From NCBI GenBank assembly GCA_002269645.1, contig NIVC01000520.1, forward strand, positions 1 through 37,795: a stretch of DNA of 37,795 nucleotides. Reading direction: 5' to 3'. Source of the DNA: Macrostomum lignano (Eukaryota). Position numbers and translations under genes: made by a program. The notes under the pieces are model-generated. The model had not been told where the DNA came from. It did no database searches and saw nothing but the letters and a program-made list of their open reading frames with translations. Positions 9,401 through 16,911 of the stretch are shown in pieces (the stretch's first letter is position 1; every line of letters starts with the position of its first letter).

Positions 9401-12400
9401 CTATTAATTTTTTATTACTTCTACACAATAAATGATTCTTATAAACTTTGAACATATTTGCACACTTCCTACTGAAAGTAGACAGGTTGCATTCTCACCA
9501 GCTTCCGCTGACTCGAATGAGAAATGCGGGGTCGCAGACGTTGCCGCTGTCGCACCGGGCATGGACTTGCAGCTGGTTATTGTAGTTCTCATAGTGGTCC
9601 AGCCGCACAAAGAGCTTTGTGTTCTGTTCGAATTTCAGCGGGAAGTAGATTAGCAATCCATTCTAATCCTTTATCCATGTAGGCTATAGATTAGCAATCC
9701 ATTCTAATCCTTTATCCATGTAGGCTAAAGATTAGCAATCCATTCTATTCCTTTATCCATGTAGGCTATAGATTAGCAATCCATTCTAATCCTTTATCCG
9801 TGTAGACTATAGATTAGCAATCCATTCTAATCCTACATCCATGTAGACTATAGATTAGCAATCCATTCTAATCCTTTATCCATGTAGACTATAGATTAGC
9901 AATCCATTCTAATCCTACATCCGTGTAGACTATAGATTAGCAATCCATTCTAATCCTACATCCGTGTAGACTATAGATTAGCAATCCATTCTAATCCTAC
10001 ATCCATGTAGACTATAGATTAGCAATCCATTCTAATCCTACATCCATGTAGACTATAGATTAGCAATCCATTCTATTCCTTTATCCATGTGGGCTATAGA
10101 TTAGCAATCCATTCTAATCCTTTATCCACGTAAGCTATAGATTAGCAATCCATTTTAATCCTTTATCCACGTAAGCTATAGATTAGCAATCCATTCTAAT
10201 CCTTTATCTTTGTAGGCTATAGATTAGCAATCCATTCTAATCCTTTATCCATGTAGGCTATAGATTAGCAATCCATTCTAATCCTTTATCCATGTAGGCT
10301 ATAGATTAGCAATCTATTCTAATCCTTTATCTTTGTAGGCTATAGATTAGCAATCCATTTTAATCCTTTATCCACGTAAGCTATAGATTAGCAATCCATT
10401 CTAATCCTTTATCCATGTAGGCTATAGATTAGCAATCCATTCTAATCCTTTATCCACGTAAGCTATAGATTAGCAATCCATTCTAATCCTTTATCCATGT
10501 AGGCTATAGATTAGCAATCCATTCTAATCCTTTATCCACGTAAGCTATAGATTAGCAATCCATTCTAAATCTCTGCTTTAACCCCAGCTATAATAAACAG
10601 GCTGTCAAAATGAACCACAGCCATAAACTCACCGCCGCAGTGAGCTGCAGGTGCGGTGCGATGAAGGTCGCAACGGCCAAAACAGACAGACAGCCGAGGC
10701 AGACAGAAGGCATCTTTGAGAGTCAGGAAAAATATTGAAACCAAACAACTCCCGATTTTCTACGCGCAAAAGAAAATGCTCGCACAAGGAAATTATTAAA
10801 ATATAATCTACTAGAGGAAATTTCTTGTTGGCTTCTTTCAAGACCAGGTTTCCTTTTCCGCTGGTTGATATCTGTGTATTTGTCAAATTTCCAACTAATA
10901 TGGCCGCTGGCGCAGGGCTGTAGGGGGGTGGGGGGTGGGGGGTGTAGCCGTATTATTCGGTGTTGAAATGGCGAAATTTTCATGCTAGCACCCCAGCCAC
11001 CCCAGTTCGCTTTGGGTTTCCAGTGCCAGATAGATAAGGGGCAGAGAGAGAGGGAGACTGAAGCAATGAAGCAAAACATTTTAACCCCAAGAACTGAGAT
11101 TTTGGATGCCTTGGGTTCATTTTGCAACAGCTGAGATACAGAATGAATAAAACTGGATTACGTAATCATTTCAAAACTAATCTTCGAAATTTCAGGCAAG
11201 CTCATGTACGGCGTCTTCTCAGCGATAACGTTTGTTGTGTTGCTGAATATGCTTATCGCTATGATGAACTGCAGTTACGAGTCCATTGCAGTGAGTCCCG
11301 CCGCCTTTGCTGTTCTCGATTGGGACTTTTGAGATGCTTAAAGTATGCTCACTGAAGGAGTGGGTGGGTTGGTGAAGGAGTGGGTGGGTTGGTGAAGGAG
11401 TGGGTGGGTTGGTGGAAGAGTGGGTGGGTTGGTAGAGGAGTGGTTGGGTTGGTGAAAGAGCGGGTGGGTTGGTGAAAGAGCGGGTGGGTTGGTGAAGGAG
11501 TGGGTGGGTTGGTGAAGGAGTGGGTGGGTTGGTGGAAGAGTGGGTGGGTTGGTAGAGGAGTGGTTGGGTTGGTGAAAGAGCGGGTGGGTTGGTGAAAGAG
11601 CGGGTGGGTTGGTGAAAGAGTGGGTGGGTTGGTAGAGGAGTGGGTGGGTTGGTGAAAGAGCGGGTGGGTTGGTGAAAGAGCGGGTGGGTTGGTAGAGGAG
11701 TGTGGGTTGGTGAAAGAGTGGTTGGGTTGGTAAAGGAGTGTGGGTTGGTGAAAGAGTGGTTGGGTTGGTAAAGGAGTGTGGGTTGGTGAAAGAGTGGGTG
11801 GGTTGGTAAAGGAGTGTGGGTTGGTGAAAGAGTGGGTGGGTTGGTAAAGGAGTGTGGGTTGGTGAAAGAGTGGGTGGGTTGGTAAAGGAGTGTGGGTTGG
11901 TGAAAGAGTGGGTGGGTTGGTAAAGGAGTGTGGGTTGGTGAAAGAGTGGGTGGGTTGGTAAAGGAGTGTGGGTTGGTGAAAGAGTGGAATAGATCTGTAG
12001 TGAGTTGGCTTGCTAGAAAGAAGTTGCTCGATTGACCCTTCAGTAGCACGGCAGAAACCGCAGTTCGCACAGCCCGCTACAAGCCGAGGCTGCCATTCCG
12101 CCACCCCGCAGTTAGTTTGCTTGCGAAGAAGAGGCAGTGAGACAGAAAAAGTGGCTCTGGTAGCAATTTTGTGCAGTGCAGATTGGTTTTTTATTGACTT
12201 AGCAAAAAATTAATATGGATGAGAAACTGGGTTGCTTTTTTCTGCTTGCTTTGTTTGTGATCCTGTGGTCTATACAGGCAAATCAAATACTGCGTTAGTA
12301 TAGCATCGCCTGCCCCTGCCTGGCCCTTCAACCAACCCTCTCTCTGACCCTCCCGCTACCTCCCTCTCTGACCCTCCCGCTACCTCCCTCTCTGACCCTC

Positions 12401-15041
12401 CCGCTACCCCCTTTCTCTCTCTGACCCTTCCGCTACCCCCTTTCTCTCTCTGACCCTCCCGCTACCCCCTTTCTCTCTCTGACCCTCCCGCTACCCCCCT
12501 TCTCTCTCTGACCCTCCCGCTACCCCTTTCTCTCTCTGACCCTCCCGCTACCCCTTTCTCTCTCTGACCCTCCCGCTACCCCCCTCTCTCTGACCCTCCT
12601 GCACATCGCAGCTTCAACCCGCCGCCATCCCGCAGACGCAAGCGGACACGGAGTGGAAGTTCGCGCGCAGCAAGCTGTGGATCAGCTACTTCGAGGAGGG
12701 CGGCACCCTGCCAGTGCCATTCAACATCATTCCGAGTCCGAAGTCCTTCCTGTACATTGCGACTTGGATGAAAGAGCGGCTCTGCTCCTGCTCGAAGCAG
12801 CACCAGCGGAGCAAGTGGCAGAGCATCCGGGTGAGAGCGGAAGGAAACCAGTCACAATCACCTAGCAACCAGTCACAATCACCTAGCAACCATTCACAAT
12901 CACCTAGCAACCATTCAAAATCACCTAGCAATCATTCACAATCACCTAGCAACCATTCACAATCAACTAGCAACCATTCACAATCACCTAGCAACCATTC
13001 ACAATCACCTAGCAACCATTCACAATCACCTAGCAACCAATCACAATCACCTAGCAACCATTCACAATCGCCTAGCAATCATTCATAATCACCTAGCAAC
13101 CATTCATAATCACCTAGCAACCATTCACAATCACCTAGCAACCATTCACAATCACCTAGCAACCATTCACAATCACCTAGCAACCATTCACAATCACCTA
13201 GCTAGCATTCTTCAAACCTTCTTCCTCCACCCCGTTTTGCAGAAGGTGGTGAAGCGCGTGAACGAACGCGAGGCTCGCTACCAGACGGTGATGCGTGACC
13301 TGGTCAAGCGCTACCTGATGGTGCGCCAGAGGCTGGACGAACGGCAGGGCGTCACGGAGGACGACCTGAACGAGATCAAGGGCGACATCTCCGCCTTCCG
13401 CTTCGAACTGCTGGAAATTCTTCGGACCAACGGAATGAAAACACCGGCTTACACGCAGCACAGGGCGAGTGAGTGCTGCGCTGCCTTCTCTGTTTTGAGA
13501 CTCATCAGCCTGTTAGACACTCTTATCAACCTGTTAGACACATTCATCAGTTTGTTAGACACACTCATCAGCCTGTTAGACACACGCATCAGCCTGTTAG
13601 ACACACGCATCAGCCTGTTAGACACACTCATCAACCTGTTATACACACTCATCAGCCTGTTAGACACACTTATCAACCTGTTAGACACACTCATCAACCT
13701 GTTAGACACACTCATCAGCCTGTTAGACACACGCATCAGCCTGTTAGACACACTCATCAACCTGTTAGACACACTCATCAGCTTGTTAGACACACTCATC
13801 AGCATGTTAGACACACTCTTCAGCCTGTTAGACACACTCATCAACCTGTTACACGCAGAAAACACCAGGTTAACCTATGTGCACTGTGACACGCAAATTT
13901 TATCTTGAAAATTGGCTCCAAATAGAAAATTCTGTCAGAATCAGCTGACCGGAAATGCGCCATCAAGCCACCCACTTGGATTCTGTTGCCTAAACCGGAA
14001 ATGTGGAACTGCATTGCAGGCTCTAGCTGGACCAGAAAGTCTAGCTTTAAAGCCTTGCTTTTGCTTTAATTGTTTTTTTTTCACTAATTAAAATCTGGTG
14101 GTCTATAATTAATCATGATTTCATATTTTGAACTTTGAAGCTTTCATTGTTTAGCGCAGGATGTTCTGCCAATTTCTATGAATTTCTAGCATTTATATGT
14201 ATCCTTCATTTTTGCGGTCTCTAAGCTGGCGTAATCAATATTCCTAGACCGTTAAAAGTCCGTCACTACAGTTTGATCCTTTCAGGTGAAACTACGGTGC
14301 TCAATATTATCCCCATTAGTTGTCGAATTGCATCCCATAATGGTGTTGCTCTCCCTTGAGCGCCTACGGAATTGCCGGGGCTTTCCCTGCGGTGGAAAAC
14401 ACATGCTTCAATGTACTTTCACTCAGGAGCCCACGGAATTCCCGCGGCTTTTCCTGCTGTCTTATCCTAGCTCATACTACCGAATCCGTCGCAACCCCAC
14501 AGCGAAGCTCCGCCGTCGCGGCAGCAAGCGGTCGATGCAGAGCCGCCGGCTAGGAAAGTTCGACGCAATCAGCGAAGAGAGCGGCGCCGGCGCCTTCAGC
14601 AGCTGCGGCAGCGCCGGCAGTCTGGCACTCGATCAGCAGCAGCAGCAAGGAGGCGGCGGCTTCACTTGCAACGCGTTCGGCTCCCCCGGCGAGCAGCGGG
14701 CGCCGATCCGGTCCTTCTCCCAGCCCGGCGGCTTCGAGGACTGCGCGACTCGACCGGAGCTGACGCTGAACGCGTCCCAGCTAAGGACCGGTGAACTGCA
14801 GGAAGGCGGCGGCTCACCGACTGCGTTGTCGAAGAAGTCAACCGCTGCAGCTGCTGCCGGCGGCGGGGTGGTAACCAAGAAGGTCTCCTTCGGCGGCGAG
14901 GAATCGGTTGACGAGGACGGCGCAGTGTTCCCGGATGAAGACAAGTCGCCGAGGAAGCGGACTAGGACACCGTCGACGCCGCCACCGAAGTCGACCACAT
15001 CGACAACGTCGAGTATCGAAAGGCGCAGCGACCTTGTTTGA
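3324..15041 (+). CDS. TRPC / TRP-gamma-like cation channel, 3' part (5' exons lie left of the window); join(3324..3424,11196..11290,12636..12830,13243..13468,[14286..14296?],14427..15041)
   Basis: Spliced translation gives [19 protein letters not shown]...EHSFTEFVG|[31 protein letters not shown]|[37 protein letters not shown]...|[25 protein letters not shown]...[25 protein letters not shown]. These are the pore helix, S6, TRP box (EWKFAR), LPxPFN box and coiled coil of TRPC channels. Phases are consistent for the first four exons; the junction to the last exon is less certain. Confidence 0.93.
3523..4358 (+). repeat. 41-bp minisatellite (AATGGATTGCTAATCTATAGCCTACATGGATAAAGGATTAG), ~20 copies
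   Basis: Read directly; no spacers between units. Confidence 0.97.
5002..5325. repeat. 59-bp minisatellite, ~5.5 copies
   Basis: gatctttgaa recurs at 5002, 5061, 5120, 5179, 5238. Confidence 0.93.
5369..5717 (-). CDS. DSL-like gene exon 7 (cytoplasmic tail, stop)
   Basis: cccataag|G CGA CCG ...; continues into track ORF 5369..5671 ([16 protein letters not shown]); stop TGA. Confidence 0.82.
5369..10713 (-). CDS. Delta/DSL-family-like type I membrane protein (signal peptide, C2/MNNL-like domain, DSL-like domain, TM, Pro/Tyr tail; no EGF repeats), 404 aa; complement(join(5369..5717,6424..6536,7229..7466,8610..8803,8881..8995,9499..9623,10633..10713))
   Basis: All six introns are GT-AG with matching phases; total 1215 nt = 404 aa + stop. 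Signal peptide [27 protein letters not shown]; [13 protein letters not shown]...[17 protein letters not shown] resembles the Notch-ligand N-terminus; [16 protein letters not shown] matches the DSL consensus C-x3-YYG-x2-C-x3-C-RP; TM segment [25 protein letters not shown] followed by RR. Confidence 0.85.
5790..6368. repeat. ~36-bp C-rich minisatellite (CACCCACCTCACTCCCTGTACCCCAACCCCCTCCTG)
   Basis: Fills DSL-like intron 6. Confidence 0.93.
6424..6536 (-). CDS. DSL-like gene exon 6 (transmembrane)
   Basis: ccgcag|GCG CAG ... AAA AA|gtgagt; [38 protein letters not shown]. Confidence 0.88.
6612..7195. repeat. 12-bp minisatellite (CTGTCACTCTAG/T) with a purine-rich insert at ~6694-6770 and a ~23-bp sub-array at ~7052-7135
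   Basis: Fills DSL-like intron 5. Confidence 0.92.
7229..7466 (-). CDS. DSL-like gene exon 5 (DSL-like domain + stalk)
   Basis: cctcag|G CTG CGA ... CAG AAG|gtgctg; [45 protein letters not shown] (6 Cys). Confidence 0.88.
7497..8570. repeat. 8-bp tandem repeat CTGATAA[G/A/C], >110 copies, degenerate at the right end
   Basis: Fills DSL-like intron 4. Confidence 0.96.
8610..8803 (-). CDS. DSL-like gene exon 4
   Basis: tttcag|CAT ... ACC AA|gtgag; [24 protein letters not shown]... Confidence 0.82.
8881..8995 (-). CDS. DSL-like gene exon 3
   Basis: ctcaag|G GGC ... TCT CTG|gtaata; [38 protein letters not shown]; bridges phase 2 to phase 0. Confidence 0.82.
9011..9371. repeat. 30-bp minisatellite (GGGTGAGATTCTTATAGGGGCGATTCTCTT), ~12 copies
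   Basis: Fills DSL-like intron 2. Confidence 0.95.
9499..9623 (-). CDS. DSL-like gene exon 2 (C2/MNNL-like, part 1)
   Basis: gaacag|AAC ACA AAG ... AGC TG|gtgag; [42 protein letters not shown]. Confidence 0.85.
9646..10568 (-). repeat. 41-bp minisatellite, inverted copy of the 3523..4358 family, ~22 copies
   Basis: Reverse complement equals the 3523..4358 unit; fills DSL-like intron 1. Confidence 0.97.
10633..10713 (-). CDS. DSL-like gene exon 1 (signal peptide)
   Basis: ATG at 10713; hydrophobic 27-mer; ends GCG GCG|gtgagt (phase 0). Confidence 0.8.
11196..11290 (+). CDS. TRPC exon: S6 helix
   Basis: ttcag|GC AAG ... ATT GCA|gtgagt; [32 protein letters not shown] ([10 protein letters not shown]6 signature); not in the ORF track. 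Confidence 0.92.
11355..11987. repeat. G-rich 20/18-bp minisatellite (GAGTGGGTGGGTTGGTGAAA)
   Basis: Begins ~65 nt after the TRPC S6-exon donor. Confidence 0.95.
12335..12600. repeat. C/T-rich ~24-30-bp minisatellite (CTCTGACCCTCCCGCTACCCCTTTCT)
   Basis: Ends ~35 nt before the TRP-box exon acceptor. Confidence 0.93.
12636..12830 (+). CDS. TRPC exon: TRP box
   Basis: cgcag|ACG ... ATC CGG|gtgag; [40 protein letters not shown]. Confidence 0.95.
12846..13203. repeat. 21-bp minisatellite (AACCATTCACAATCACCTAGC), ~17 copies
   Basis: Fills the 412-nt TRPC intron 12831..13242. Confidence 0.95.
13243..13468 (+). CDS. TRPC exon: rib helix/coiled coil
   Basis: ttgcag|AAG ... GCG A|gtgagt; [12 protein letters not shown] and [21 protein letters not shown]. 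Confidence 0.92.
13500..13855. repeat. 21-bp minisatellite (CTCATCAGCCTGTTAGACACA), ~17 copies
   Basis: Starts ~30 nt after the donor at 13469. Confidence 0.95.
14427..15041 (+). CDS. TRPC terminal exon, low-complexity cytoplasmic tail ending ...IERRSDLV* (alternative acceptor at 14471)
   Basis: Long GC-rich open frame downstream of exon 13243..13468. Acceptors tactttcactcag|14427 (phase 0) and cttatcctag|14471 (phase 2). The start is uncertain. Confidence 0.65.
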   Translation, partial: EPTEFPRLFLLSYPSSYYRIRRNPTAKLRRRGSKRSMQSRRLGKFDAISEESGAGAFSSCGSAGSLALDQQQQQGGGGFTCNAFGSPGEQRAPIRSFSQPGGFEDCATRPELTLNASQLRTGELQEGGGSPTALSKKSTAAAAAGGGVVTKKVSFGGEESVDEDGAVFPDEDKSPRKRTRTPSTPPPKSTTSTTSSIERRSDLV

Positions 15042-16140
15042 CCCCAATGTCCTTAAATAACTTTGTACGACGTCAACAACCATAGCGCAATGCATGTAAA
15101 TCCGAGTACCTCGGATTCGAGTAAATCCGAGTACTCGAGTCGTCCGAGTACCTCCGGGCGACTCTCCCCCGGAGTTTTAAAATCGACTTTGAATTTCCCA
15201 GACCGACGTCGACATGACCTTAATTGACCTACTTGTACAAGCACTTCTCTTATCGTTGAGGGACCAACACACACGCACACATTGCTTCGTGTGCTCTTTG
15301 TCTCGTAATACGGTTTCATCAGCAATTCTCCATATCAATTTGGCCCTAATTGCGAATTAAATTGTAAAATTCTCTTTTTATACTACTGCACAAACTGCGG
15401 TGAGTAGCGAATTCCGCTCAGAGGTGGTATATTTTGTTTTAATTATTTAAATCGCCGTGAACTTTAAAATAAATTCAAATTGTTCCCCAAATCTTTAAGT
15501 TTCACTTTTTCTACGTAATACTACTTTTGCGACTTATAACTGTTCAGTAGTACAGTACGAGTATTGCACTGTTTCTGCAGTTCTCAAATTTTTTTCATAA
15601 AAATGTAATAATTAGTTTAAAAAAATAATATTACCAGCAATGGAGAAATACATTAATTTTTAGCAAATTGATAATCTCTGCATTTGCAAATTATATCTCA
15701 CTGTGCAAATATATCTACCATTATTATACGTATAGAATTGTTCCGGCGCTCTGCCCACACGATATTTTGCATCTGAAGAAAATAATCAGAATCTAATTAC
15801 TAAAATCGTCCGCTCTACCAGTAGTCAAAATAGGTAAATCTACAGGCAATGGGGGGGGGGTAATTGCACATTCAATTAAGCGCAAGAAGCAAGCGCTTGA
15901 TGTTAATCAGGCCAGCTATTAGAATTAAAATGCGAAGACAAGCACTTTTATAAGATCTGCTAATTAGTAAAACTTTTTTTTGATTGCTAAAATTTCTGTT
16001 ACGGAGACTGGCGGCTTAGAAAATGCACGCTGGCAGGACGCGAGGCCAGGGACACAGAGGCGGACAGGCGAGACGCGGAGAGTAAGATAGAGACAGGTAA
16101 AAAAGTACTCATGCAATTTACACACACAACACCCATGGAG

Positions 16141-16586
16141 TAAGACAAAGACTCGAGGTCCGAAAAAGACTTATGAGTTCAAACAAAGACTCATAGGAAG
16201 ACTCATGAGTTCAAACAAAGACTCACAGGGTTAGACAAAGACTCATGAGTTCAAACAAAGACTCACAGGGTTAGACAAAGACTCATGAGTTCAAACAAAG
16301 ACTCACAGGGTTAGACAAAGACTCATGAGTTCAAACAAAGACTCACAGGGTTGACAAGGACTCATAGGGTTAGAAAAGACTCATAGGGTTAGGAAAAGAC
16401 TCATAAGGTTAGACAAAGACTCAGGGTTGAACAAAGACTTATGAGGTCAAACAAAGACTCATGGGGTAAGAAAAAGACTCGGGGTCAGACAAAGATTCGG
16501 AAGGTCAAAGACTCGAGAAGTCGGTGCTCAGACAAAGACTCAGGCGTGCTCAGACAAAGACTATGGAATGCTCAGACAAAGACTAG
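16141..16586. repeat. ~20/40-bp minisatellite (GACAAAGACTCATGAGTTCAAACAAAGACTCACAGGGTTA) abutting the EPHX-like stop codon
   Basis: The ACAAAGACTC core recurs; degenerate toward 16586. Confidence 0.88.
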
Positions 16587-16589
16587 TCT

Positions 16590-16911
16590 CTACTCGTCCG
16601 ATTCGGACAGCAGCGCAGGCGGCCTGCCGTTGGCGGGCAGCAGGTGCTCCAGCAGCAGGCGGTTGACCAGGTCCGGGCAGTCCTGCTGCAGCCAGTGGCT
16701 GCCCCCGGCACGGGCCGGTAGGTGAAGCGGCCAGGCCGGCAGTAGCGGCCGGACAGGCGGGCGGCCGTCTCCGTGACGAAGCGGTCGCGGCAGCCGAAGA
16801 CCAGCAGAGTCGGCTGGCCGATTGGCGGTCGTCGGCGGCCCTCAAGCTCGAATTTGTCGTCTGGGTAGCGGAGGCTGGCCCGGAAGTAGTTGATGGGGCC
16901 AGTCAGGGCGC
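16590..16911 (-). CDS. EPHX-like exon 5 (contains apparent 1-nt deletion before catalytic His)
   Basis: ccgcag|GC GCC CTG ACT GGC CCC ATC AAC TAC; ...PVPG then frame switch to [36 protein letters not shown]. Confidence 0.85.

Noticed and set aside
4359-9645. Inversion with a breakpoint in the 41-bp array as origin of the inverted pair
   Set aside because: The DSL-like exon 1 (outside) and exons 2-7 (inside) are co-oriented and in phase, which an inversion would have broken.
9624-9660. Alternative DSL-like exon 2 acceptor inside the last 41-mer unit (adds [13 protein letters not shown])
   Set aside because: In frame, but it lacks a pyrimidine tract. The CAG at 9624-9626 has one and puts the mature N-terminus directly after the signal peptide.
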